This document shows positions 33,114 to 46,370 of a stretch of 54,110 nucleotides of DNA, one piece after another. The DNA comes from Penicillus capitatus. Taxonomy: Eukaryota; Plantae; Chlorophyta. The translations under genes and the position numbers were made by a program. The notes under the pieces were generated by a model. It worked only from the letters and a program-made list of their open reading frames with translations. It was not told where the DNA came from and made no database searches. Positions within the stretch are counted from its first letter, which is position 1; each line of letters opens with the position of its first letter. The DNA lies in NCBI GenBank assembly GCA_965649825.1, contig OZ287715.1, positions 185,866 through 239,975 on the forward strand, read 5' to 3'.

Positions 33114-36100
33114 TTAGTCAATGCAACCTTCTCTTATGGATTTCACTGTGCATAAGCCTGTCGAGCTTTGCAATGGAGAGGATTTGTAACAAGCAATGCA
33201 TTCTGTATTTGTCTTCAAATCTGCTCGAACAGCCTCAAAGATCTTCTTCTTTGGATTGAGGACAGCATCTGGATCACCTAACAGACACACTCTCCCACGA
33301 CGCCTTTCGAGAAGCTGGGTGCGTGCGTGACCTTCGTATCCAGAGACAAAGACTCGTTCGCCAGCAACGGCCCCTTCTGCCGGCTGCAGTAACTCGACTG
33401 CCTTCTGATCTGAACTTGAGGCTGCTAGGATCATGGCTTGAGATTTGATCCCTTGTATCTTGACAGGTTTCATGTTACAGACCAGGACAACTTGGCGCTG
33501 TTGCAGCTCGTTTTCGGGTATGAATTTTGCCACACCGCTTACAACGGTTCGACTAGAGGCATCCCCAACATCGACTTCCATGATGTACAGGGTATCTGCA
33601 TCTGGATGCTTCTTGGTCTTCTGGACGCGGCCGACACGCAGATCGAGTCGGTGAATACCCACATCTGCAGGTTTTTTGGCAGGAGGATTGCCAGCAGATG
33701 CTGGCTTTGTTCCCTGATTCTTGTCTTCCTTCTCACCTCCTGCACCTCTCTTCAATCCTTGCTTCTTGGGAGCACTCTTCTCCACCGATTCCTCCTTTCC
33801 TTTGAACTGTTCTCTGAAACGCTGCAGCTCTGCTTCTGGGATCTTGCTAAACAGTGGCACAGGTTCACGGATCCGATGGCCGCTCGGCAGAACATCGCAT
33901 GGACTGGCAATAGATTCGATCTCGGCAGTTGTTAGTCGAATGCCTGTATCCCAATCGATGTCGAGCTGCTGGAGGATCTTCTTTGAAATGGAAGGCATAA
34001 AAGGCTGCAGTAAGGCAGCAAGGAGTTTCACCAATCCTGCTGCAGCACGCACGACATTCTGGCATTTCTCAGGATTTTGCTTGATCATTTCCCACGGCTT
34101 ATGATCCTAAAACCAGGACGCATTACCCATGTGCGGATCATCAGCGGCTTGGCGCACTTGGAGGAACTTGTTTCCTGTAGCGGCAATGTCCATGACCAAG
34201 GCGAGAGCGGCTCTCATCTGTATGGCCTCCATTTTTTCAACATAGTCCTGAACCTTCGTTAGCAGCTGAGCACCGAATTTATGGCATTCTTGCATGACGG
34301 ATGGCGCCGGATCTGGCACCCGACTGCCATAGAACTTCTCCACAAACTTTAAGGCTCGATTGATAAAGTTCCCCTGTTGTGCATACCACATCGAAAACAA
34401 CTTCAGCTTTGCGAGAGATGCACCAGATTGTTTAGCAATTCGCTACTCTGTGCGCCAAGATTATCCCAAGCGAAGGTCGTGTCTTGCGTTTCCGGTCGAT
34501 TGGCCAAGAGATAGTATCGCCAGATCTCCACAGGGACGCCTGAATCTCTGGCATTGTCTCCAAAGACACCTACAGATCTCACATGCATCATCCAATGTCA
34601 TTCCTCACAGCGTTTTTTCGAGAAGACCTGTGCCACGGCTTTTGGAGAATTTCCCCGTCTCGTAGTTCAGGTACTCGGTCACCGATATCTTTTTCATCAT
34701 CGTCCATTTTTCGCCCGTTCCGATGAGCACTGCCGGAAAGATGACGGTATGGAACGGCACGTTATCTTTTCCCATGAACTGCACCAGTTCCACCTCGTCT
34801 GGATTCTTCCACCACTTTTCCCACTCGGATGTGTAGTTCGCCGTGATGGAGATGTAACCGATAGGGGCATCGAACCATACATAGAACACTTTGTTCTCGA
34901 ATCCTGGCATGGGCACAGGAACGCCCCACTTTAAATCTCGTGTAATGCATCTCTGTTTTAGTCCATCCCGAATCCAGGCGTTCGTAATCTGCAAACAGTT
35001 TGACGACCAACCACCCTGTTTCGATGTCTCCTCTATATACGACTGCAGGGACTCCGAGAGCTTGGGCAGATCGAGAAAGACATGTTTGGTCGATTTCATG
35101 ACGGGTGTTGTTCCGCTAAACTTGCATTTGGGATTGATGAGTTCTGTCGGATTGAGCAATGCCCCACAATTATCGCATTGATCTCCTCTGGCATCTTCGT
35201 AGCCGCACTTGGGACAGGTGCCCGTGATGAATCGATCGGCTAAGAATTTTCCCAGTGCTTCTGAGAAAAGCTGCTGCATTTCGTTTTGGACAACGTTGCC
35301 TCGGGCGACAAGGGATTGGAAAATCTCTTGGCAGAGCTTTGTCTGATGCCTCGTTGGCGTTCTGCCAAATTTATCGCAGCTAATCTCAAACCAGTCATAG
35401 ATCGCTTTGTGAACGGTATGGTATTTGTCGCAAATCTCCTCACAGCTTAAGCCCTCTTCATACGCCTGCGCGACCAGAACCTCTCTAGCAATAGATCCAG
35501 ACGACGGTGAGGTTGTACTTTGGTCTCCGTGGCTGTTCCATACTCGTCCGTTCCGCAGATGAAGATGGTGTTGTACCCCCGGGCTCTGCAGAAACGCGCA
35601 TAGCAATCGGCACTGAGCACACAGCCAATGATATTCCCCAGATGCGGTACGTTATTCACGTAGGGCAAAGCGCTCGTAATCTGTCACAGGTGACATGACT
35701 GAGGGGGGAGTGCATCGATGATGCTGGATCCCACCAGAATGTTGCGTTCTCCAGGGACAGGCAATTTTGGCTGAGTCGTCGCGTGATGCTGGATATCACT
35801 CTGCAAGATGCGCTGCACGATATCCGGTTTGAATCCACCCAACATCTGAGAGACATACATGGGTGATCAGCTTTATCGAGGTGCCTCCAAACTTTCTGAG
35901 TGCCTGTTTGAAAGGATTCCTGTTCCGTTAGCCTCTGCAGATACGCAACAATACCGGCGGGCATAGAAGTGTCCTTGAGAGGGTAGAGGGTGCTGTAGAT
36001 AGCGATGTCGGCCAAAGAAGGCACATCAGAGAAGAGGAATGTGGCCCCGCTGCCTTTCACTGCCTCTTCGAGTGTTTTGAGGGCGGCTGGTCGGTGCCGA

Positions 36101-36427
36101 TGTCCGTTATTGGTGTAGACGGTCGGTCTCAATACGCTTCTCTCCCATTCGAGCCACTGGTGTACTTTGCTGTATAGCTGAGGAGCAGCCAGTGGCAACT
36201 CCACTGAACAACCATACCGTATACTCTATTGAATAAAGATATGTCGTACTGAGTGCCGTGGCAATGGCGTTGGGTTCAGTGATCTCGACACCGCTGGGCA
36301 GTCGGAGCAGTAAGGCTGGCTGGTCATCTCCCGTTTCTTCTCGAGGTTCGAGATACAATGGACTGGTGGCACAAATGAGAGCCTTGAGCGACTGGGCATC
36401 GCCATTACGGAAACGCAACGACGCCAT
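33114..36427 (-). CDS. MARS1: Cytosolic methionyl-tRNA synthetase with N-terminal GST-like and C-terminal EMAPII/tRNA-binding domains
   Basis: [19 protein letters not shown] (HIGH-type), zinc knuckle [32 protein letters not shown]-terminal LDLRVGRV...HPDADTLY...CNMKP...SQAMIL. Confidence 0.97.
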
Positions 36428-38140
36428 ATGCGCAGCTCGGAATGATGATCATTTCGGCGATCGATGTCTCTGTAGCACACCATCGTCATTTCTTACACAG
36501 ATATGCTGAAGCAGACAATGTTCCGTCGATTCTTGATCGACCTGAGATGTGTTCGCCAAGGACAAAGAACCATCAGATGTGGAAGAATCGCCTCGGATTA
36601 TTACAGTGGATTCTTCTAGTGTAGAAGATGTGTGCGATCTATTGCATAATCGAATCCTTAGATTTGAGCATACTCTGTAAATGCCTTCTTCGTTGTACGA
36701 GATTCGTTCTCGACGTCATGCATCGTGATGCTTTTTGTTGACAAATTAGTGTTTGGGAGACTTCTGGTAACAAACTGTGCAATAGGTGTGTCAGGCCGAT
36801 TCGTGGCACTGGGAGTTTTTTCCACTGTATGAGCTGGGGGAAAACAATGAGATTCGTGGCAAACTGGGCAGATCTCTATGCGGCACGAGCGATCGTTCTC
36901 AGCGGACGTCTCAAGGCCGTCTTGCGGGAGTGGAGATTCTATAGCTGGCGTGGTAAGTAGCCCCCGAAGCATGACACATAAAGAACCAAGCAAGGTTCAC
37001 GAGTAAGCTTGCTGCGAGGACAGGATGCGAGAGATGGACGCAACTCGGAGTTACGCACTTTCCCAATCCACCTACCCGGCGGTTCTGTGTGCTCGTGATG
37101 TTCATTTCCTACACTATCGTTGAAGAAATATATATAGCCAGCGATGAACAGCTGTCAACCAAGTCCAAGAGATGCAGACGCTCTCTTTCTCTTCGACGTG
37201 CTGAGGAGCTAAGACGAGAATACAGCTCTGCCCATCCTGTCTCGCAGCACAACAAAGTTTCCCATTTCTTAGTGTTCTTGGCATCCGACGTGTTGGCAGT
37301 CTGATGGATTCACGAGTTGCTGCGCAGCAACTGGCTGTGAGGAGCGTCTCAACTCCGTTTTGCAGACAGCACGCATTTTTCAGCAGAATTCTGTGAAATG
37401 ACTCTCTGAGTGTTTGAGGATCTCATGCGAGGTATTATCCGTGCTGTGCCGCGTTGATCTAAATAATCCACTTACCGGATTGGAATCGTCGTGCGAACCT
37501 ACGTTTAAACTCTCGTATTCTTGGTTAGGAGTCCGTCTTCTGCTGCCTCAAAATCGTTAAAGTGATAGCGACAGCCACGTCGGCTCCGCGGGTACAGAAC
37601 CGATCGATTTCGTCGCTAGGTTGTGGCGACCATATGCGGCGTTCGATATACGATCTCCACCGCATAGCTCACGAAAATGAAACATGTATGCCCTGTCAAT
37701 CGCTACCTGTTCTACACCTGTTCAGCTTCCTACAACCGTCACGTGTCGCAGAGGAGTTGAATAGCAAACAAGCATGAGCATAGACTAAATAACTGAGCCT
37801 TGTAAAGTATCATACGAACACATGGTGACATTTGGTCATCGATGGATTTGTCAAGCGGCTTGAGTCGTATGTCAGAAACCGTATGTCAAACGTGACATAT
37901 AGCTGCCACAGCACGAGCGCTGATGGGTGTATCGGATAGGCGAAGCGCATACACGTGCGCGACCAAGCGCATCAGATTTGTCTGTCTGAGGCTATAGCTG
38001 CGAAATCCGGTTCGCCCTATGCACTATTCCAGGGAGTAGAGCGACTGGCTGCACTGACGCAGCAAGATCGAAATAGAATACGGCTTCAAAAGACCTCGCA
38101 TCAGGTCCTCACAATCGAGTGCATTGTTTATCGAGGCAGC

Positions 38141-40046
38141 ATGTTTGAAACGCATCGCACGGCCGGGATACCTCTGCGTCTGGCGAAAGCGAGTTCAGCT
38201 TTCGTGGCGTTGCTGCTGTGCCTGTCGGCTGCGCCGAGCCCAGCATTCGCCCGTTTAGGTGATGCCTTCGGCGATAGGATCTCCAACCCTAGGTCTGCCA
38301 ATTTCTAGACTTTGGAGAACGGGATGCGTCTACTTCGCTTGTCTACCTTCACGCCAAGGAGGCTTTGTCGTTGAAGGACGCCGCCAACACGAACGAAGAT
38401 GAAAATTCGATGTGCCACAAAGAGGAGGGATATCCAGGCAGATTCCCTTACTTGTGCAGTCTCCGGATGCCTGGAAGCCGAAAGCACTCGTGCGTTGCCA
38501 CACTCGTCAACAGTCGCTGGGTCGTGACGGCAGCCCACTGCGTCGACCCAATGATCAAAAACTCCGTCGGTTGCTATCCGGTCATCTACTGCGGCATTGA
38601 CGAGGTCAACACGACCACCAGAGCTAAAGTAAAGCGCCACGCGCAAAATACGGCCCTCAATTTTCCGACGACATGCGTGCTGTGTAGACATACCATGTCG
38701 TCGACGCATTCATCCACCACGGTTGGTCGCATAACCCTGAATTGGGATCGGACATCGCGATGCTTAAGCTCGATAAGAAGGCACGCCTGGAACAACCGAG
38801 ACTGTTTCGAGAGGGAATGGTCTACGGCGACGAGACGAAGATGGTGACGCCAGGATGGGGCGTCGAGAATAGTGATCAATTATGTGGCGGCCAAGGCTTC
38901 ATACATGTCCAACCGGGAACACGCGGCCAATGCCCACAACCCGCCAAGAGCGTCTCGAAGGACAGCTGGCTTTGCTTCTGCGAAAAGAACAAAAGCATAA
39001 GACAAGGTGCAGCCAGCGACACAGGTCATTCGTACCGCTCCGTCCTAACGGTTTGCGATCAGGTCTGGAGGGCAGCCCTTTGACCGTGGCAGATTGGCCC
39101 TGCGATTTGGATAAGGGCTATCCATCCGAAGATCTGATGGTCGGCGTCATGTCGATTGATCCTGTTAACAAGGAAAAAGAGCCAACCTGCTCCACTTACA
39201 CCAGCATCTCTTACTTCAGGGACTGGATGATGAATGTGATGAACGGCAATGTTCCACCGAGCGAATGCACGGCGCCTCCAGAAACGTCGCCGGCACTTCC
39301 GCCTGAAGGCAGTAAGGAGTGGTGCGAGAAGTGCGAGGTATCCTTGACCCACACAATACGATTCGTTCGTTGGACTGGATACATTTCTCTGCCGTGACGA
39401 TACGCTGCGTCCAATAGCACGATACGATGCACGACCTCATATGCGTGTTATGCTTGTAGATATGCAAGGATAAGGAGAAACCGCCGCTGGAGGAAGGGGT
39501 AAAACCAGGGAGTTCGTTCGTGATGTCTTATGAGCGGAGTGTGCTATGAAGGATAAGATATCGTGTGAAAAATGCAAGGGCATTGGTGAAGCACCGGTCT
39601 GTGGGCTTGATGGAGAGACCTACAAAAACGCATGCTTGGCTAAGTGTGCAGGCGTCGAACTGGCATGCCAAGGACACTGTCCCTGTCCATCTCCGGGTAA
39701 GGCAGAACCTTCATGCGCGACAAACAGCGATGGACAAAACCACGTGTTCCAGGCAAAGAGCCCCAATCTCTACTGAGCCTACTTGCGAAGCGCAATCAGA
39801 ATGACGGCAAGTGCCAGTTAAGAAGCGAAGATTGCCTTGTCACCTGCGGTAAGCCGCATCCGTGTCTGATGATGATTGCCGATGGCTATGGAACCGACAG
39901 GATATGGTGGAATCGGCGAAGCACAGTGTTATCAACGCGGCTGTTGCTGGAATCGTTGGGATGATGGATCAAACAGACCAGATTGTTACCTGCCTATCAT
40001 TCCGACGGCCATCGACGACGACCGTAGCGGACTAGGTAAAATATGA
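38141..40046 (+). CDS. Secreted trypsin-like protease homologue (catalytic Ser lost) fused to Kazal and trefoil (P-type) domains
   Basis: Signal peptide; VVTAAHC and SDIAMLKL present; GDSGGP replaced by GLEGSP; Kazal PVCGLDGETYKNACLAKC; trefoil CQLRSEDCLVTCGYGGIGEAQCYQRGCCWNRWDDGSNRPDCY after splicing. Confidence 0.85.
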
Positions 40047-40386
40047 TGCCTTTCTGAAGACAACGCTGATTGCTGCCTGCAGCAACTGTTTTTTAAGAGA
40101 GATCTCCAACGCCTGCCACAAAGTCAAGAGTCCTTCTGATACGCATTGAACAGACAAAGCCTCTGAGCCCTTTGAGAAAACAGAGCCCTTTTTTCATTTT
40201 TCCTGATTTTTTGCCGTCACAATAGATGCCGCTCACGAGGAAACGTCCAAACTATCGTTTCCTGTGGAGCATCTTCCTACTAGCCGTTGAAATTACTCAA
40301 TTTCTCGGGAGCTTGAACCCTTGAACGCAAGTGTTTAACATCTAAATTTTCATGCCGTGATGCGAACTCACTTCGCGCGCTGCGAA

Positions 40387-41290
40387 TCAGCAACGCATAT
40401 TAACTGGTGACGCTTTGCAAAGTGATCGTCTCAAGCACAGCGTCGAGATAGACGTCATCTCATCATTGTCTGATTCCGTTGTGTCTGGGTCCTTCCAACA
40501 CATCAGCCACCAACATAGTGAAGGCCAAAGAGCCTTTATTCGATCTATAGGATCATCATCGCGCTCGTCCGGGCGTCTTTGTGTTGTCCGATCACTCAAT
40601 CTGTGCTTGCTAAGAGGAAGGACGTCGATTGATACATCTCTATGTCATCTCTGACAATGGCCTCCCATAAACGACAGAAACTGAGAATGGTATGGAAAAA
40701 GTCAAAAGGCGGACATAGAAAGCCATCCATGGCTGTTTCCTAAAAATCCTGGTCACTGAGATCGTTCAGGCCTCGATCACTTCAAGCCATCTCCTTTGCT
40801 GCAGATGCTGTTGTACCGTATATCTCGTCTCCCATTGAAGAAGACGCCTTTCGCGGAAGAGCGCGTCGACTTCGAAGTCTTCGTTGATGAGTAACTCCTG
40901 CCGATGTGACAACTGTCCGTCTCACCTCACGTCAGAAATGAGATAGACGCTATTGCACCTGCGTTTGGCATTCTGACGAAAGACAGGTGGTTTCTATGTC
41001 CAGTTGCGAATGGTTTCTTTTGTTCCTCTCAGCTCTATGTTGCCTCTTCTGTCGCGTAACGTGCGACCAAAACGAATCCTGAAGCCACGAATACGACAGC
41101 ACATGAGCCCACGGCGTGAACGTTTGCCCAATGGGGAGAGGCGATGATACGAGAAGAGGTCGTGCGATACGAAGATGACAAGTGGCATGAAGAAGAATGC
41201 ATATCGGCCAAGAATGGAAGACGTTTGAAAGAAGCTCTTATCTTCACTCGCAGACATGGCATCTTGTTACACTCTTCTGCATGCGTCTCA
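40387..41290 (-). CDS. Hypothetical multi-exon protein with hydrophobic segments
   Basis: Coding-like minus-strand pieces (ILGRYAFFFMPLVIFVSHDLF; ELLINEDFEVDALFRERRLLQWETRY; KQPWMAFYVRLLTF). Exon structure unresolved. Confidence 0.3.
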
Positions 41291-41422
41291 CTTGGTCTTT
41301 GTCCGGAAAAACAAACTGAACGCCACAAAGGAATTCGAATAACAAACAATTAATAAAGAAGAAATCATTGTTGTCAGTATCTCACACATTCCCATCCATG
41401 CCTCCATGCCCGATCTGTCACG

Positions 41423-42521
41423 TCATCCAAAGAGATGGTGTGTATGAGCATGGAAGAGGTCAAGGTAGGGGTGGTGATGGAAAGAAGGAAGGTGATGGTG
41501 TGCACTCTGCATCCATGGAGGCAACACTGGCTGCGACAGATGTGTATGTACGTTCCTGACGAGGTGTCCTTCTCTTGCAGCCAAATTGGACAGATATGAT
41601 ATCCACAAGATCTTGACCGACAGAGAGTGATCGACAGGAGAATGGACAGAAAGAGAGACCTGTACAAAGTTGATGTAGAGGATGCGTTGATTGGAAGGAA
41701 CGAATTTGAAGTTGATGAGATGGGCCAGTGGCCAGAGAGCATAGTTAGCTGTCAACGTCGGCACCAGTGTGTTCTGTATCGTCTGCAAGCTCAATTCCGG
41801 GTGCCCCTACACAGCAGGTCACTCAAGGGTCACACTTTTCCGCCTCCTCTCATAACAGGCGACACGCCTGAAGGGTTTGATTAAACGTGAAGAAAACACA
41901 ACTGAAGAATGGAGCCCAAAGGAGTTGGTCCAGTGCCGTCTTGGCCACAATCGCTTTCGGTTCTTTAGGCGCCTCGGGGAAGATATTCTTGTCGAGAAAG
42001 AAATACCAGCAATGTCCGACGGGGCCATCCATCAGAATGCCAAAGAGGGTCATTCGTAACGTGCGGCGCAGATCGTAGTCGGCTCCTGTGATGAGTTGTG
42101 CACAGATGTCTCCAATGAGGAAGCCGAAGAGCGACGTGAGACTCTTGACGAGTACAGGCTTCTCGTCGAGTAATGTCAAATAATTCTGCCAGATCCTCGA
42201 GACGAAACTCGACGGTAGATCTGGACGAGCGATCGTCCATGCCGTCGCTTCGCTTGTGTCGATTGCCTGGACGAGAGGAGAAACGGCCGGTTCCTCAGGG
42301 AAAGCATCTGTCACGTCGCTACGTGCGCGAGACGCGACGCTAAAGGCGCGTTGACGGCATGTCGTCCTTGGCAGCGTTCCTACCCAACGGCCGTTGTTTG
42401 TCAGAGGACCGAAGACCGTCTTGGGAACAGCGGACAGCGTCATGACGTTGGTGGCAGTGGATTTGCGGCGAGAGGCGAAAGGCAATGAGATAACAGCGTC
42501 ACATCGAGCCGTATACAGCAT
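41423..42521 (-). CDS. Mpv17/PMP22 family membrane protein with organellar targeting peptide and His-rich tail
   Basis: YLTLLDEKPVLVKSLTSLFGFLIGDICAQ, GPVGHCWY, KTALDQLLWAP, WPLAHLINFKFVP..QRILYINFVQ. Start may be 42443. Confidence 0.9.
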
Positions 42522-42555
42522 AGGGAATCATTCATCTATCTACGGCATTAGATAA

Positions 42556-44170
42556 TCAACCGTATTTCTTCAAGATGTCTGGAATCTTGGGCAGTTTTTG
42601 CGTGAACAGTCCTGTCAGATCTTCTCCCGCTCCACGAAGGGCACTTTGTTCTCCGACGGCGAGTTTGTCCCATGGCTTCTTCTCTCGCAGATCAAAGGCG
42701 CCGAGGTCCCAGTTCATTAGGGATCCAAAGATGTCGCCAATCGTGTCGTTTGCCGACAAGCCGTCGAGGCTCCCGCGAAGAATGTTCGTTCTCCTGGGGA
42801 AAGTGTTTGAGAAGAGGACGTTGTTGATGATGCTCGGATTCAGGAGGGAGGAACCGTCGAAGGTGTGCAGCACGGCATGCACTTCGTCGACATCGAATTT
42901 CTTTTCCTTGCATTCCTAAACACATACCGACCGTCTTCAACCGATGGCGAACGCACAAACACGCACTCTCGTTTTGAACATGGCAGGAGTCGTGTGTTCC
43001 GACACGAACATTGACGGCGTTTTGGTGTATGTCAGTGATGGTTTGTTGCAGAAGAGTTTGAAATCCCAGTCCAGAAACGCATTGCGGTAATCCAGAGCGC
43101 ATTCGCCCGTTTTGAATGTGAGCTTGAAGCCGGGTCCTAGACCCAACGCCCGTCACGACGAAACGCTACGTTCCGTCAATACCACCTCGATACTCAGCAG
43201 CTTTGCGCGTCGGCGGCGTGAACTCTGCCGAATCGCACAACGTATCTTCCAGCAGGGTTGCTTCTTTCGAAAGCACGCCGAGTCCCTTCATAGAGCAAGA
43301 GTTCCATCTTTCCCACTCTGCGCTCGTCAAAATCGTTTGCCTGTTTGACGAGGAGGATATTGCGCAGGATGGTTTTGTACGTTTCGGCTTCGGATTGCTC
43401 GAAGGCGTCTTTTAAGTTGAGCTTTCCCGAAAGAATTCGGTCGAGATTTGAGGTGACCACTTGACGCAAGTCCGACGCAAAGGCAGTCGTTCCTGCAGTA
43501 GCCGCGATTCCCGCATTCAACACGTCTTGCAGTGGATTGTCGCCGACAGGAATGTCCAAAAGATTGAGCAGCTTCGAAATCAAACGCTTCGACTTGTCGA
43601 ACTTCGACCCCGTCCGTTCATGCTTGGCTGAACAACGGCGATATCTGTTTGCCCAAAACGCACAACGCTGTCGGTCTTACCGTCTTCGACGTCGTCGACG
43701 ATGCCTGCCACAAAGAGACCGCGTTATGGCGGATGTCTACGGAATGGTCTCGCACTTGTTGTGTCGGTTTTCTTGGTGGTATCGTATCCAGAAGCGACGG
43801 CGTCCGCCTTAGCGTCGAGGATGTCATGCTTGCCTTTCTTGAGCGAACTCAATAGAACGCCGTCTTCGGAAGCTGCGCTTTTCGGTCAGGAATAATGCGA
43901 AAAAGATGGAAAGGCACTCTTTAGATCTCTCCGGGCCGCTTGGAAGTTCTTCACAGATGTCTGACCGGAGAAGCCTGTGAGAGTAAGGTGAGCGTTTGTG
44001 GATGGAGCACAGCATTCGAGTGCTGCAACACGTGCCTGACATGATATGTTCGACGCCGTCTTGCCCAGAGACGCCATGCGCCGCCAGGCAGGCAATCCAT
44101 GAGCACAGTAACAGAAATCGCCGTGACACGCCCGTCGCCCTCGTTCCTTTTCCCATCCATACTCTGTCAA
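42556..44170 (-). CDS. Hypothetical, possibly secreted, multi-exon protein
   Basis: Consecutive coding-like ORFs (43194-43583, 42937-43146, 42556-42882) and an upstream signal-peptide-like stretch FLLLCSWIACLAAHGVSG. Linkage of the pieces is inferred. Confidence 0.45.
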
Positions 44171-44380
44171 TCATTGTCGTCAACAAACGACGCGACGCGA
44201 CGCGGCGTAAGCAAACGAATCGTTGCAGTGGGACAACCGAGAGCACCGATACGTTCGTTCTCTTGGACGCGCCGAGCAGAACACACAAAAGACGTCCATG
44301 TCGTCGAATTCCTTACATCTTATTCCATCGCGTCTCGCTGTCTGCGTCGGGTTCGTCGTCGCAAGGTTCTCGACGTTTTT

Positions 44381-45052
44381 TTAACTTCGCTTACGAGCGT
44401 CTTCCAGAGTATCGTCGCTTCCAGCCATGAGTGTCGGCTCCGTTATGTCATCGTCCAGTGTCGACGCTCCTTCCGTTGGCGTCTTATCTTCTGGCGATGT
44501 CGTCGTTGTCGATGCCATTGCCTACATCACACCGACCGCCGCCTCACATAACATCACTCACGCCACACGTCACATCACATCAAATCCCAGATCTGCGAAG
44601 TCGCCAGACGACAGGCTCGTTTGCTTCACCGTCGATCCTTCCTCTTCGGCAACGGCATCGCGCACAGCATCCTCAATCGTATCTATGTGCTCGGCAGCTT
44701 CCTTTCCGCTTCCTTCGGCCAACGAAACTGCATCCGCTTTATCAACCTGCCGTGTCCATCTCGCATTCATTTTGCCTCATGCGTCAAGCAAGGCTACCGG
44801 GACGAGTTGTGGATAAAGTGGCCCTTTGCATGGCTCTGCCCTTTCCTCTGCACACCGTCGCAGTTTCGAACCTTCGCGCATTACCGGTGTGTCCGTCGTA
44901 CCTGTCCGCACCCATTTCAGCACCTTCATGCGTTTCTTCGTCGACGGGGCGTTCTCTTCGCCGACGTACACCCACGCGCGTTTCCATTTATGCACATGTC
45001 CGTGAAAACTTTGCACGCCGTTATGACGCTGAACACTACTGCGCGTCGTCAT
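44381..45052 (-). CDS. BCL7-like (plant BDH-type) SWI/SNF subunit
   Basis: N-terminal GHVHKWKRAWVYVGE...MKVLKWVR matches BCL7 KVRKWEKKWVTVGD...LRIYKWVP, followed by an acidic disordered tail. Confidence 0.65.
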
Positions 45053-45115
45053 CAGATGCACACAAACAGACCATTCAACGCATTCTATCCCTTAAATCGC
45101 TCAATGCTGCGTCTC

Positions 45116-45709
45116 TCAGAACAGCAGCTTAGCAAAGAACCACTTATTCGTCCCGCTCTTAAACTTCTCCAGCAGCTTCGTATTCGCCAACTACATACAC
45201 TCAGTCAGCATCGCATTCGCCAGGATCACTCTTAGGAGCGAACGATCTGTCACATCACCTGAATGCTTTCTTTCTTCTGCGTTTTGTTCGCAAGGCAATC
45301 GATACCGATGGCATTCTTGAGGTCGAGATCCAGACTGTAACGCGTTGGCATCAGCTGATTGAGATTGCACACTTTGATGAAGCACTGAAGTTTACACTTC
45401 TTCTCTTTCTTCTTCTCCGAATCTTTCTTCTTGATCTGCAGAGACACCACACGACCGTCTCAATATGGAGAGACCGCTTCTTGCCAGGGGATCCACATAC
45501 TCGGCCGGGTTCACGGCGCAGTCCGACGACAAGACAGTGTGGAAAGGCCCGAGTAGAGTGCCCGTCTTCAAAGACTTTTAGCACCACTGCCTTCTTCCCT
45601 GCGTATTTTCCGGTCGTCAAGATCACGACCTTGTTGGCCTGACAGACATGGCGAGGTGTGGCCTTCTTCGACCCTTTGCCTATTGCATTACTTTGAAAAT
45701 CTTGCCCAT
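45116..45709 (-). CDS. RPL27: 60S ribosomal protein eL27
   Basis: MGKIFK|ANKVVILTTGKYAGKKAVVLK...FIKVCNLNQLMPTRYSLD...KFKSGTNKWFFAKLLF*. Confidence 0.95.
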
Positions 45710-45860
45710 ATCGACTGGCGTTTCTCAGTGCCGTTGATGAAGGGCGCCGCAATGTGCGTCAGTCCGTTCGTCGCGGTAATGCCGTCAGGTGTTAGTACGT
45801 TCGGTGATCGGTCGATCGATCCGTCGTGCAGATTTCTCCGGGCGGCAGCCTCGTTCGAAC

Positions 45861-46370
45861 ATGCATGCTCTCACCTCGGCGATCTCTTTGCCGCGTTTGG
45901 TGGCCCAAGGTCGACGACCTGTCGCACACCTCCGCAAACGGCCAGCATCACGGCGTTCGCATATCGCCTTCCCGATAAGGCAGCGCTCTTTGCGCGTGCA
46001 GGCGGACTCAGGAACGCCCAGCAGTGATCCCGAAAAGGTATATGTCTCCTTTGCCTCCTCGACCGACACCCTCCTGAAGGACTCGGAATACGTTCCACCG
46101 GATGACGAGCCCACATTGGCCGGGAAGATCTTTGGCTCTTACCTTCAATTAGGCGTCTGGATCGTCGTGCTGAGCTTTGCTGGATACAAAGGTATTCAAC
46201 AGGTACTTCTCACTCCATCACAAAGTGTGAGATCTCATGAGATGATGTGACAGGCGCAAACCGATCCCTCATCTGTCGGTCTTCTCCTAGCCCCACCTGC
46301 CGGCGCTCTCTTTCTCATCATCTCTTTTCTGTTCTATCGATTCTGGGGCAAAGATAAGGACGACGCCTAG
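45861..46370 (+). CDS. Small plastid-targeted two-TM hypothetical protein
   Basis: Ser/Arg/Ala-rich transit-peptide-like N-terminus ending LRVQA; two hydrophobic segments; one GT-AG intron. Confidence 0.55.

Noticed and set aside
36658-36993. 111-aa minus-strand ORF upstream of MetRS
   Set aside because: No ATG start, motif or resolvable exon structure; it may be part of a gene but is not supportable.
37315-37332. Perfect 18-bp palindrome AGTTGCTGCGCAGCAACT
   Set aside because: About 0.2 such palindromes are expected by chance in 54 kb, and there is no supporting context.
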